NCBI RefSeq assembly: GCF_963921235.1 | Contig: NC_086097.1 | Coordinates: 236,408,001 to 236,472,000, forward strand | DNA from: Mobula hypostoma | Taxonomy: Eukaryota | Length of the DNA stretch: 64,000 nucleotides | Reading direction: 5' to 3' | Translations under genes and position numbers: made by a program | Notes under the pieces: generated by a model | The model's input: the letters and a program-made list of their open reading frames with translations, nothing else | The model's database searches: none | What the model was told of the DNA's origin: nothing | In this document: in pieces, positions 12,633-25,056 of the stretch | How the letters are laid out: every line of letters starts with the position of its first letter | Position numbering within the stretch: position 1 is the first letter of the stretch

Positions 12633-14375
12633 TACGAAACTCCACCCCATCTAAACCCCTTGCTCTAGGGGGATGCCAATCAATATTTGGGAAATTAAAA
12701 TCTCCCATCACGACAACTCTGTTATTATTACACCTTTCCAGGATCTGTTTCCCTATCTGCTCCTCGATATCCCTGTTACTCTTGGGCAGCCTATAAAAAA
12801 CACCCAGGAAAGTTATTGACCTCTTCCTGTTCCTAACCTCCACCTACAGAGACTCCGTAGACAATCCCTCCATGACATCTACCTTTTCTGCAGCCATGAC
12901 ACTATATCTGACCAACAGTGCCGTGCCCCCACCTCTTTTGCCTCCCTCCCTGTCCTTTCTGAAACAACTAAAACCCGGCACTTGAAGTAGCCATTCCTGT
13001 CCCTGAGCCATCCAAGTCTCTGTAACAGCCACCACATCATAGCTCCATGTACTAATCCTCACTCTAAACTCATCTGTTTTGTTCACAATACTCCTTACGT
13101 TAAAATAGACATATCTTAAACCATCCATCTGAGCGCATCCCTTCTTTATCACCTGCCTATCCTCCCTCACACACTGTCTCCAAGTTTACTCTATTTGTGA
13201 GCCAATCACCTCTTTCCCAGTCTCTTCAGTTCGGTTCCCACCCCCCAACAATTCTAGTTTAAACTCTCCCCAGTAGCCTTAGCAAAACTCCCCGCCAGGA
13301 TATTAGTCCCCCCTGGGATTCAAGTGCAACCCGCACTTTTTGTACGGGTCAACTTGCCCCAAAATAGTTCTCAATGATCCTGAAATCTGAATCCCTGCCC
13401 CCTACTCCAATTCCTCAGCCACTCATTTATCCTCCACCTCATTCTATTCCTACTCTCACTGTCGCGTAGCGCAGGCAGCAATCCTGAGATTACTACCTTT
13501 GCGGTCCTGCTTCTCAACTTCCTTCCTAACTCCCTGTAGTCTGTTTTCAGGACCTCTTCCCTTTTCCTACCTGTACATACCAATATGTACCAAAACCTCT
13601 GGATGTTCTCCCTCCCACTGCAGGATATCTTGGATGCAGTCTGAAACATCTCAGACCCTGGCACCTGGGAGGCAAACTACCATCCGAGTTTCTTTCCTGC
13701 GTCCACAGAATCGCCTGTCTGACCCCTTAACTATAGAGTCTGCTATCACAACTGCCTTCCTCTTCCTTTCCCTACCCTTCTGAGCCACAGGGCTGGACTC
13801 TGTGCCAGAGGCACGGCCACTGTTGCTTCCCCCAGGTTGGCTGTCCCCCCACCCCCAGTAGTACTCAAACAGGAGTGCTTATTGTTAAGGGGGACAGCCA
13901 CAGGAGTTCTCTCTAGTACCTGACTCTTCCCCTTCCCTCTCCTGACTGTTACCCACTTGTCCGTCTCCCATGGCTCCAGTGTGACCACCTGCTTATAACT
14001 CCTTTCTATCACCTCCTCGCTGTCCCTGCAGCTTGACACATCGGGTGCTGATATGGCCGTCCGGGAGGCTGGGAGACTCCAGGTCTTTCTACCTCTCACA
14101 CCGAGCACAGAACACCAGCCTCACAGGCATACTACTTCCTTTCTGCAATTAACACAGGTAGACCTACCTCACCTTGTTACCACCTAAGCCCTTTGAGACA
14201 AAGCCCTCTCACTCCGCTGCCCGCACCGAACACTGCCCACTAGATATGGTGGTTTTCTTTTTAAACTTTTCCCGCTCTACTGGCAGACATCACGCGCCTG
14301 CACAGTCTTGCCTCTCTTTCACCCTGAGTAGTAAAACAGCCTTTGCTCCGGAAATCCTCAGCTGTTTACCTGCAG
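12633..14375 (-). mobile_element. 5' part of an older CR1: 5' UTR, ORF1 (SGNH/esterase-like) and ORF2 APE endonuclease start
   Basis: ORF1 remnants 'VVISGLLP...RINEWLRNWSRGQGFRF'; endonuclease motifs 'YFNVRSIVNK', 'DVVAVTETW', 'RGGG' and 'VVMGDFNFPNIDW'. Confidence 0.88.
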
Positions 14376-14378
14376 CCT

Positions 14379-16180
14379 TATAACCATATAACCGTATAAC
14401 AATTACAGCATCGAAACAGGCCATCTCGGCCCTACTGGTCCGTGCCGACCTCTTACTCACACCTAGTCCCACCAACCTGCACTCAGCCCTTAACCCTCCA
14501 TTCCTTTCCTGTCCATATAGCTGTCCAATTTAACTTTAAACGACAACATCGAACCTGCCCTAACCACTTCTGCTGGAAGCTCGTTCCACACAGCTACCAC
14601 TCTCTGAGTAAAGAAGTTCCCCCTCATGTTACCCCTAAACTTTTGCCCTTTAACTCTCAACTCATGTCCTCTTGTTTGAATCTCCCCCATTCTCAGTGGA
14701 AAAAGCCTATCCAAGTCAACTCTATCTATCCCCCTCATAATTTTAAATACCTCTATCGTCCCACTCCCAACTTTCTACGTTCCAAAGAATAAAGACCCAA
14801 CTTTTTCAACCTATCTCTGTAACTTTGGTGATGAAACCCTGGTAACATTCTAGTAAATTTTCTCTGCACTCTCTCAATTTTGTTGATATCTTTCCTATAA
14901 TTCGGTGACCAAAACTGTACACAATACTCCAAATTTGGCCTCACCAATGCCTTATACAATTTCAACATTACATCCCAACTCCTATACTCAATGCTCTGAT
15001 TTATAAAGGCCAGCATACAAAAAGCTTCCTTCACCACCCTATCCACATGAGATTCCACCTTCAGGGAACTATGCACCATTATTCCTAGATCCCTCTGTTT
15101 CACTGCATTCTTCAATGCCCTACCATTTACCATGTATGTCCTATTTTGATTAGTCCTACCAAAATGTAGCACCTCACATTTATCAGCATTAAACTCCATC
15201 TGCCATCTTTCAGCCCACTCTTTTAACTGGCCTAAATCTCTCTGCAAGCTTTGAAAAGCTACTTCATTATCCACAACTCCACCTATCTTAGTATCATATG
15301 TATACTTACTCATCCAATTTACCACCCCATCATCCAGATCATTAATGTATATGACAAATAACATTGGGCCCAGTACAGATCCCTGAGGCGCACCACTAGA
15401 TACCGGCCTATAACCTGACAAACAGTTACCCACCACTACTCTTTGGCATCGTCCGTCCAGCCACTACTGAATCCATTTTACTACTTCAATATTTATTCTA
15501 AAGAATGAACCTTCCTAACTAACCTTCTGTGTGGAACTTTGTCAAAGGCCTTACTGAAGTCCTTATAGACAGCATCCACCACTTTACCCTCGTCAACATT
15601 CCTAGTAACCTCTTCAAAAATTTCAATAAGATTTGTCAAACATGACCTTCCCCGCACAAATCCATGTTGACTGTTCCTAATCAGACCCCGCTTATCCAGA
15701 TAATTATATATACCATCTCTAAGAATACTTTCCATCAATTTACCCACCACTGACGTCAAACTCACAGGCCAATAATTCCTAGATTTACTCTTAGACCCCT
15801 TTTTAAACAGTGGAACAACATGAGCAGTATGCCAATCCTCCGGCACCATCCCCATTTCTAATGACATTTGAAATATTTCTGTCAGAGCCCCTGCTATTCC
15901 AAATTAACTTCCCTCAAGGTCCTAGGGAATATCCGGTCAGGACCTGGAGACTTATCCACTTTTATATTCCTTCAAAGCTCCAGTAATTCCTCTTCTTTAA
16001 TCATCATAGTTTCCATAAATTCCCTACCTGTTTCCCTTGTTTTACACAATTAAATATCCTTCTGCTTAGTGAGTACCGAAGAGAAGAAATTGTTCAGAAT
16101 CTCCCCTATCTCTTTTGGCTCCACACATAGCTGTCCACTCTGATTCTCTAAGGGACCAATTTTATCCCTCACTATCCTTT
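14379..16180 (-). mobile_element. CR1 LINE, 5'-truncated
   Basis: ORFs 15493..15867, 14753..15436 and 14490..14738 encode CR1 RT; (ATAACCAT)-type tail at ~14380-14400. Confidence 0.93.
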
Positions 16181-16204
16181 TTGTCATTAACAAAAAGCCT
16201 TCTT

Positions 16205-16550
16205 GTCATTAACAAAGTGTTTTCAATCACAGAACTGCTGCTCACTGGATGTTTTTTTGTTTGTCACACCATCCTCTGTAAATTTTAGAAACTGTTGTGC
16301 GTGAAAATCCCAGGAGATCAAAAGTTGCTAAAATATTCAAAACACTCTTTTTGGCACCAGCTACCATTCCAAGGTCAAAGTCACTTAGACCAAATTTCTT
16401 CTTCATTCTAATGTTTGGCCTGAAAAACAATGAAACTTCTTGAACATGTCTGCATGCTTTTATCCACTGAGTTGCTGTCATATGATTGGCTGATTAGATA
16501 TTTGTATTATTGCACAAGTGTGCAGGTAACCTTAGCAAAGAAGCAATTAA
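16205..16550 (-). mobile_element. Tc1-derived element, part carrying a transposase N-terminal HTH remnant
   Basis: ORF 16242..16481 'LSDFDLGMVAGAKK...DLLGFSRTTVSKIYRGWC' is a Tc1-type HTH; homologous to 31680-32040. Confidence 0.78.
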
Positions 16551-16829
16551 GTGTAAGGCAGAGCAAGAGAAGTACCTTGTGTGTGAACCAATCAAGTTTT
16601 CACAGAAATCTAGGAGTTACATGTTTATAGTAACTTAAGATATTTTTAAGATCAAGATTTATCTAATTTCTTGAATTTAAATTCCCTAACAACCATGGTG
16701 AGAATCAAATTCTTGCATCTGGATTAATGGTCGGATCTCTAGCTGCTTGTCCACAAATTTCACCATAACGTCGCAGGGGGGATGAGTCAGACGAGAGGTA
16801 AAGGTAAAGAAATATCAATGGAACTCGTA

Positions 16830-17087
16830 GCAATGATGAGAAGGCAGTGTCTTTGCAAGATGGGTAATCAATACTCTTCAGAGATTGTCTGCCTGGCATC
16901 AGTGGTTGCATAACCAGGACTTGTGGTGTGCACCAGCTGCTCATACGACCATCCACCACCTGCTTCCATGGCCCTGATCAGGGGCTAAGCAGGTGATACA
17001 CCTTGCCCAAGGGTGACCTGCAAGCTAGCAGAGGGAAGGAGCCCTTTGCACCTTCTTTCGTAGAGACGTATCCCCATCCTGCCACCC
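16830..17087 (-). mobile_element. Interspersed SINE-like repeat, probably RTE-associated
   Basis: Second copy at ~36020-36382, which extends into a BovA/RTE-like 'GAAGGCAATGGCAAAC' motif on the minus strand. Confidence 0.55.
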
Positions 17088-17785
17088 AAAATCTTTATAC
17101 CCCTCATAAATATGCATACCTCTAGCAAATCTCAATGTTTTGGTTACAGAACTGAACTTTTATGCAATAGTGTGTGGTACTGTTGGGATAAATCTAATGT
17201 GTCACCGTCTCTTTATTTTAACGAAATTACTAGTCGGAGAAAATTATCAATGAGAGAAATATGAACGTTCTTTCAATCTTTACATCTAAGTGACAAGAGG
17301 AAATTTTATTCAAGCTATAAAAATAAGAAATAAGCATTCTAAGATATGGTCATTGTGGAACCTCCTTCCAAGATTATCTTCTGAATTCTGTCCAATTTCG
17401 ATTCTCGTTTCTGAAATCAAAGTAAGTTATTGGTAGACCTTCCTCAGGAGCAGAACAGCAGAGATGATTCATTGGTGAGCGATAACTTTAGTGAGAGACT
17501 GCAGAATAACAAGCCACAAGGGGCCACATTGGAAGAAAGAACAGGAACTAAACATAACAGGCAACATGGTAAACAAGGCAGGAAGCATGAAAGCTAGGAG
17601 CAACTGGTTGAGGACGGCAGGTTCAATAAGTGAACAAGGGCTGTGGATGAGAACTGAGGTTAAATAGGCTCCAGGTGATGAGTCTGGGGCAAACAGCATA
17701 TGAATCCTATTAGCTGGGAAGAGACTGAGAAGTGGCGTTAAGTGGCATTAATAAAATTGTCTTCAATTTTATTATGTACAAATTT

Positions 17786-18064
17786 AAGGCATCCGTTAGT
17801 CTTGAGAGACTATGGATCTGCGCCAGGGCTTCACTCTCCAGGGCGCGGTCCTGGGCAAGGTTGGCAGTTGCCCATGCTGCAAGTCTCCCCTCTCCATGAT
17901 ACCGATGTTGTCCAAGGGAAGGGCAAGGGCCGATACAGCTTGGCACCAATATCGTCGCAGAGCAATGTGTGGTTAAGTGCCTTGCTCAAGGGAAAAACAC
18001 GCTGCCTCGAACTCACGACCTTCAGGTCACTAGTCAAATGCCTTAAGCACTTGGCCACGTGCCC
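17786..18064 (-). mobile_element. tRNA-derived SINE
   Basis: Minus-strand head with A box (TGGCCAAGTG) and B box (GAGTTCGAG); further copies at 45720-46008 and ~21655-21752. Confidence 0.82.
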
Positions 18065-18683
18065 ACATGTGCATAATTATACACCAATTGTGTTTTTATG
18101 TGCAATGTTCTGATTGAAAATGGACAGAGGTGAACAAAACGTTTGGATTTGAGAACTTTTTTTCCTTAAAGTGGTATAGTTGGGGGGGGGGGAACAGAAA
18201 AGTAACAAAATGATTAATAAAAATTTATCATCATTATTTGGAAAACTAGATCAGCAAGCAAATATCATGAGACCTCTAGGTTAAAGATATTTAAATGAAA
18301 AAGTGTGTACAGCAATCAAAAGAGATGAGACCAAATTGCCTGACAAGAAAATCCAAGCAATGATATCTCCATTACTTTGACAGAAAGCAAGCTAAAAGTA
18401 CTGACAAATAAGGAAGGCAGCTAATGAGCTGTGACATTTGAAGTTTGAGTTTACATATCATTATCTTTTTTAAAAGTTGATCTATGTAGGTAAATACAGC
18501 CTAACTACGGCAAGACTGATTCTTATGTGTGCCAAGGTTTCATTCTTCACTGTAAAAGTCATAATTAGAATTTGATTTAATATCACCGGTATATATTGTG
18601 AAATTTGTTGGCTTTGCAGCAGCAATACACTGCAATTCATAATAATAGAAAATAGAGTGTGAATGACAGTAAATAGATATATT

Positions 18684-21354
18684 ACAAGCAAGAGAAAATC
18701 TGCAGATGCTGGAAATCTAAGCAACGTGCACAAAATGCTGAAGGATCTCAGCAGGCCAGGCAGCATTTATGGAAAAGAGCCCAGTCGAAGATTTGGGCCA
18801 AGACCTTTCACCAAGATTGGAGAAGAAAAGATGAGCAGTTAGGGTAAGAAGGAGGAGGGAAGGAAGTTAAAAACACATGGTGATATGTGAAACCAGAAGG
18901 GGAAATGGGTGAAGTAAAGAGCTGGGAAGTTGATTGGTGAAAGAGATTCAGGGTTGGAGATGAGGGAATCTGAGAGAAGAGGACAGAAGACCATGGAAGA
19001 AATAAAAGGGAGAGGAGAACCAGAGGGAGGTGATGGGCAGGTAAGGAGATAAGATGAGAGGGGGAAATGGGAGTGGGGAATGGTGAAGGGGGTGGGGGGG
19101 GGCATTACCTGAAATTGATGTTCATGCCATCAAGTTGGAGGTTACCCAGACGGAATATAAGGTGTTGCTCCTCCAACCTGAGTGTGGCCTCGTCGCAACA
19201 GTAGAGGAGACCATAGACTGACATGTCAGAATTGGAATGGGAATAGGAATTAAAATGGATAGACACTGGGAGATCTCACTTCTTCTGGCGGATGGAGCGT
19301 AGGTGCTTGGCGAAGCAGTCTTCCAATTCGCGTTGAGTCCTACCGATGTACAGGAGGCCATGCAGGGAGCCGAGGATACAGTAGATGACCCCAACAGACT
19401 CACAGGTGAAGTGTCACCTCACCTGGAAGGACTTTTTGGGGCCCTGAATGGTAATGAGGGAGGAGATGTAGGAGCAAATGTAGCACTTGTTCTGGTTGCA
19501 AGGATAAGTGCCAGGAGAGAGATCAGTGGGGAGGGATGAATGGACAAGGGAATCATGCAGGGAGTGATCCCTGCACAAAGCAGAAAGTTGTGGGGAGGGG
19601 GGTGATGAGGGAAAGATGTGCTTGGTGGTGCAATCCCAATGGAGATGGTGGACCTTATGGAGAATGATGAGCTGGACACGAGGGTGGTGGGATGGTAGGT
19701 GAGGTCAAGGGGAACAATATCCCTGGTGGGGTGGTGCAAGGTTAGGATGAGGGCAGATGTGCACAAAATAGAGGGGATGCGGTTGAGGGCAATGTTGATG
19801 GTGGAGAAAGAGAAGATCCTTGCTTTGAAGAAGGAGGACATCTTAGTTCTGGAATTTCTGGAATGAAAAGCCTCATCCTCAGAGCAGATATGGCAGAGAC
19901 AGAGGAATTAAGAGGGTGGAGGGGATGGCTTTTTAACAAGTAACAGATGGGAAGAGGTATAGTCCAGGTAGCTGTGAGAGCCAGGTCTGTTTTGTAATAG
20001 ACATCAATGGATAAACTGTCTCCAGAGAGAGAGAAGCAGAGAGATTGAGAAGGGGGGAGGGAGGTGTCAGAAATGGACCAAGTAAATTTGAAGGTATGGT
20101 GAAAGTTGGAGGCAAAGTTGATGAAGTTGATGAGCTCAGCCTTGAAGCAGGAAGCACCAGCAATGCAATTGTTGATGTAGCATAGGAAGATTTGGGGAGT
20201 GATACCAGTGTAGGTATAAAACATAGACTCTTTCACATAGCCGACAAAAAGGCAGGCATAGCTGGGACCCATATGAGCGCCCATGGCTACACCTTTTGTT
20301 GAAGAAAATAGGAGGAACCGAAGAAGAAATTATGAGGACAAGTTCTGCTGGACGGAGGAGAGTGATGGTGCAGGGGAACTGGTTGGGTCTGTGTCCAGAA
20401 GGAAACGGGGTGTTTTGAGGCCTTCCTGTTGGGGATGGGATGCATAGGGACTGGACATCCATAATGAAAATAACATGATCGGGGCTGGGGAACTTGGAAT
20501 CATTGAAAAGGTCAAGAGCATGGGAAGTGTCACTGATGTGGATAGAAGGGAATGAACTGAACCGGTGGGGAGGGGGGAGGTGGGAGGGGGATAAAACTGA
20601 ATTAAGGTATGCAGATGTAAGTTCAGTGAGGCAGGAACAAGCAGAAACAATGGGTCTACTTGGACAGGCAGATTAGTGGATATTGGGTAGGGGGTAGAAA
20701 CAGGTTGAGGGAACTATGAAGTTAGTGGCAGTGGATGGGAGATCCCAGGAGTTAATATGTTTGGTGATGGTGTGGGAGACAATAGCCTGGTGTTCCTTAT
20801 TAGGATCCTGTTGGAGGGCTAAGTAAGAGGAGGTGTCAGGCCTCAGCAAGGTAGAGGTCAGTCTGCCAGACTACTACTCCACCCTTATCTGCCGGTTTAA
20901 TGGTGAGGCGGATTGGTGTGAAGAGAGTGGAGAGCAGTGTGTTCGGAAGGGGTAAGGCTGGAATTAGAGAGAGGAATGGTGAAGTTGAGATAGTTGATGT
21001 CCTGTCATCAGCTGGCAATGAGAAGATCCAGAGCAGGCCGAAGACCAGAGTGAGGTGCCCTGGAAGGTGAAGAGGGTCGGCAAAGAAATAGGTATAGAAA
21101 CAGAGACAGTGGAAGAAGAGTTTAGCATCATGGTGAATGTGGAGCTCACTGAGGTGTGGGTGAAGAGGGACAGAGATGAGGCCCTTACTGACGACAGAAA
21201 GCTCGGAAGGGATAGTGAAGACCCAGCACGGATGAGAGCTGGGATCAGAGTGGGGAGGGGTTGGTAGTGTCAGAGGAGGGTGTTCAGGGAAGGTGGTGTG
21301 AGAGGAAGATGGAGTCTCCAAGGGCCCAAGAGCTGGAGGTAGGACCTGAGAGAC
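18684..21354 (-). mobile_element. Penelope-like retroelement (RT plus GIY-YIG endonuclease), decayed
   Basis: 'LTIKPADKGG' (DKG motif) in ORF 20836..21459; RT 'MGPSYACLFVGY' in ORF 19742..20284; 'LLYIGRTQRELEDCFAKHLRSI' at ~19290-19357; pseudo-LTR at ~18684-19100. Confidence 0.9.
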
Positions 21355-21627
21355 CCCATCACCTCCCTCTGGTGCTCCTCTCCCTTTTCTTTCTTCCATG
21401 GCCTTCTGTCCTCTACTATCAGATTCCCCCTTATCCATTCCCTGTAACTCTTTAACCAAACAACTTTGAAGCTCTTTACTTCACCTGTTCCCCCCCACCT
21501 CGGTTTCACCTATTAGGTTGTGCTTTTTCCTCCCCTTCCCCCAGCTTCTTACCCTGACTCCTCATCCTTTTATTCTCCAGTCCTGATGAAGGGTCTCTGC
21601 TCAAAACATCAACTGTACTCTTTTCCA
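21355..21627 (+). repeat. Inverted partial pseudo-LTR at the 5' end of the Penelope element
   Basis: Reverse-complement homolog of ~18770-19037; carries a degenerate hammerhead core (CAGTCCTGATGA...CAAAACATC). Confidence 0.8.
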
Positions 21628-21807
21628 AGTGTGTTTATATATATAATAGTTAACTGCTGGTCTTCCATACAACCTTGCCCAGGCCTGCGCCCTGGAGAGT
21701 GAAGACTTTCCAGGCACAGATCCATGGTCTCGCAAGACTAACGGATGCCTTTCTCATATAATAGTTAAGTTAAATAAATAGTGAAAAAATAGAAATAAAA
21801 AAGTATG

Positions 21808-22035
21808 AGCACAAAATATTCTGCAGATGCTGGGGTCAAAGCAACACTCACAACAAGCTGGAGGAACTCAGCAGGTCGGGCAGCATCGGTGGAAATGATC
21901 AGTCAACGTTTCGGGCCGGAACCCTTCATCAGGACTGAAGAGGGAAGGGGCAGCCCTATAAAGAAGGTGGGGGGAGGATGGGAAGGAGAAGGCTGGAAGG
22001 TTCCAGGTGAAAAACCAGTAAGGGGAAGTATAAGG
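21808..22035 (-). mobile_element. Penelope pseudo-LTR fragment
   Basis: Homologous to 18684-18900 (CTGCAGATGCTGG...GAACTCAGCAGG). Confidence 0.8.
21899..21938 (-). ncRNA. Minimal type I hammerhead ribozyme motif
   Basis: Minus strand TCAGTC-CTGATGA-AGGG TTCCGG CCC-GAAA-CG-TT-GACTGA: perfect 6-bp stem I, CUGAUGA and GAAA cores, GUU cleavage triplet, palindromic AACGTT stem III. Confidence 0.8.
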
Positions 22036-22059
22036 TAGGGATCATGGCTTCAGCATCCT

Positions 22060-22600
22060 TTCAGAAATCGAATGCCAGAGCGGAAGAAGCTGTTGCTGAA
22101 TCACTCAGTGTGTGCCTTCATGCTTCGGTAGCTCCTACCTAATGGTAGCAAAGAGAACAAGGCATGACCTGTGGGATGGGGGTCCTTACTGATGGACGCC
22201 ATCTTTTGAGGTATCGCTCCTTGGAGATGTCCTGGATGCCACGGATTCTAGAGTCCATGATGGAGCTGACTGAGTTCTCAACTCTCTGTAGCTTATTTCC
22301 ATCCTGTGAAGTAGACCCTCCCATACCAGACAGCGATACAGCCTGTCAAAATGCTCTCTACTGTACATCTGTAGAAATTTGCAAGTGTTTTTGCTGACAT
22401 ACCAAACCTCCTCAAACTTCAAATGAGATATATGTAGCTACTGTGATGCTTTCTTTGTAGCTGCATTGATATGTTGGGTCCAGGCTAGATCCTCAGAGAT
22501 ATTGACACGTAGGAACTTGAAATTGCTCAGCTTTCCACTTCTGATCCCTTATGAGGACTGGTGTGTGTTCCTTAATCTTACCCTTCCTGAAGTGCACAGT
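22060..22600 (-). mobile_element. Old Rex/Babar-like LINE fragment
   Basis: ORF 22139..22324 (KLQRVENSVSSIM...IQDISKERYLK) matches other Rex-like copies. Confidence 0.72.
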
Positions 22601-22699
22601 CCATTTCTTCACATCCTGGAGTCTGGCACCACGCATAACAAGGAACATTTATGATGGCCCAGCGGAGGCGGAAATGCACCGGAACATTAACTACCTAGT

Positions 22700-23220
22700 A
22701 TGATACATTTTGAGCCCCTTATCTCAGAAAGGATGTGCTGATACTGGAGCGGGTTCAAAGGAGTTTCACAAAAATTATCCCAGGATTGAACAGCTTTTCA
22801 TAGGAAGAGTGATTGGTAGCTCTGGGCCTATATTCATTGGAATTCCGACCTGATTCTGGACTTCAGAAAGGGTAAGATGAAAGAACACACACCAGTTCTT
22901 GCAGAGTATTTTTCCTCTGGTGAGAGAATCCAGGACCAACGGACACAGCCTCAGAATAAGGGGGTGTCTTTTACAACAGAGATGAGAAAGAATTCCTTCA
23001 GCCAGAGAGTGGTGAATCTGTGAAATTCATTACCACGGTTGCCTGTGGAGGTTAGGTCTTTACATATACTTAAGGCAGAGGTTAATATATTCTTGATTAA
23101 TCAGGGCATGAAGGGATACAAGGAGAAGGCATAAGTTTGGGGCTGAGAGGAAAAATGGATCAGCCGTGATAAAATAGCAAAGCAGATTTGATGGGCCAAA
23201 TAGACTATAAATTATGGGCT
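22700..23220 (+). mobile_element. Old CR1 3' fragment
   Basis: Degenerate CR1 ORF2 end and 3' UTR (GGATCAGCCGTGAT...GATGGGCCAAAT). Confidence 0.75.
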
Positions 23221-25056
23221 TAATTACATTAAACCTACATTACAATCAAACTGGGAGATCAGCTCCAGTTTTATATTTACGAAAGAAAAAGAAAACAGAA
23301 GAGTTGCCACCATGCAAAGATCAGGGATGGGAGCAACAGATTGAAGCTACTAAAGAGAAATATGTGTTTGCGAAATACCTGGTGACAGAGATGTGTAATT
23401 CTACATTCAATGGTCATGGCCAAGCCACACTGACAAAGCGTATCTAGTTGAAAATGGTGGTAGATAATTAAGCAATGAATGGGAGGGTGCATGCAGCTCA
23501 CTAACCACCACAACTTTCACTGATGACAAAGCCCAGTATTGAGATCAAGCTAAAAGGTTCCCTAAAATCTTTAGCCCAAAGTTGACTGTACTCCCAGGAT
23601 TCTTGTCATATGTTGAACAGTCCATCAGTTTTGTTCATTCAGTATAAAGTTATAAAGCTATGAAGCTGATGGATTTAAAACTTGAAAAAGCTAACCAAAA
23701 AACACTGATCATTTACATACCAATTTGATAATCTTGTTTAAAGATCTTTTGTGTTACTTTCCCATAGGGCTCTTGACTCATGAACATCTACTTTCCTTGC
23801 ACTAAAAGGAAATAATCTACAGCCAGTAGAACTAAACTCAAGGTCAAGAAAGATAATTTAGAAGGTTGATCTCATTACAGATATTTTAAGTTTGAATGAA
23901 AAAAAAAGATTTGATGCTGTAACTTCATGATTTTTTGATGGCTTGATGACCTTCACAAGTCTAAGTATCGAGTCCAGAAGTTAAGATGATATGTTGAACT
24001 TGCAGAGTGTTCGATTGGTCCAAGTTCAACTGGGTTCTGTGGAGGTTCTATGTAAGTTTTTAAGAAGTTTTTTTTTCTCTTTCTTTGTCTATTAATACCG
24101 AGGTAGTGCACTGAGAATGGGCCCAGAGTTAATTTGCATGTTCTTTGTGTGACATGTGGGAAACGAAGCCTACACTGCGGCTGAAAAGAAAATCTAAACA
24201 TTAAGCGAATACCGCTTGTCTTCAGAATCAGTTGACTCGAAAGTCCAATTTCTCAGGGAAAACCAAAAGCAAACAGGCAACGAAGCATTGCTGTGCTCTG
24301 TCCAAGTCTTGACAAGCACTATGACGGCAAGTATGGAGTTAAATACTATCACGATTAAATAATTATTAGCTGACATGTGAAAATTCACAAGTGCAATTGC
24401 CATATCTACTGCGCTGCTGAATCCGTGGTTGTGACAATAGTGCTCTATAGCTGTTGCAATGATGGTATTAGTGGCTCCTTTTAGAAAAAAAATCACTCTT
24501 GCGACCACTTAAATTGATTGAGTACTTACAGAACCTAATATGACAGAAGAGGATTGCTAAAGAACGTAAGTAACAATATTAATATACTCCCAAATAATAA
24601 TAGATTTTCTGTTGAGCTTTTAGCCAGAATTTAACACCCAACTTAGTTGAACCTAAAACAGCAGATGTTGAATCTCCTTCAGGAACCATGGCAGTCCTTG
24701 TACTGATGGTATTTCCACAGTAGAGAGACAACTATTTGGACCCAGTGACACTGAAGGAACATTAATATATGAACACCCAAGTCTTCATGACTTGAAGAGA
24801 AACCACTTTTTTTTTGCGGCAGCTTGGAACAGTAATTTTTGAGAGACTATAATCATGCATTGGCTGAGTGGACAAGGCTGGAGGTTTTATTCTTGAAAAC
24901 ACATCAGTGAACTAGTGCAATCTTTGCAACAATCCAATATGCAAATATGATCACTTCAACTTATACAAATCTGATTATTTCCATAAGTTGTGTTTATTTG
25001 CTTTATTTAATTATATGATTTAATAGTATTACCTATCCCATGAGTATCTCGTGAAT

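Noticed and set aside
17460..17760. Possible old LTR fragment on the minus strand
   Set aside because: No TG...CA ends, TSD or second copy found
24532..24565. Plus-strand 34-nt exon ending at AAC|GTAAGT
   Set aside because: Stops in all three frames and a weak polypyrimidine tract; could only be non-coding
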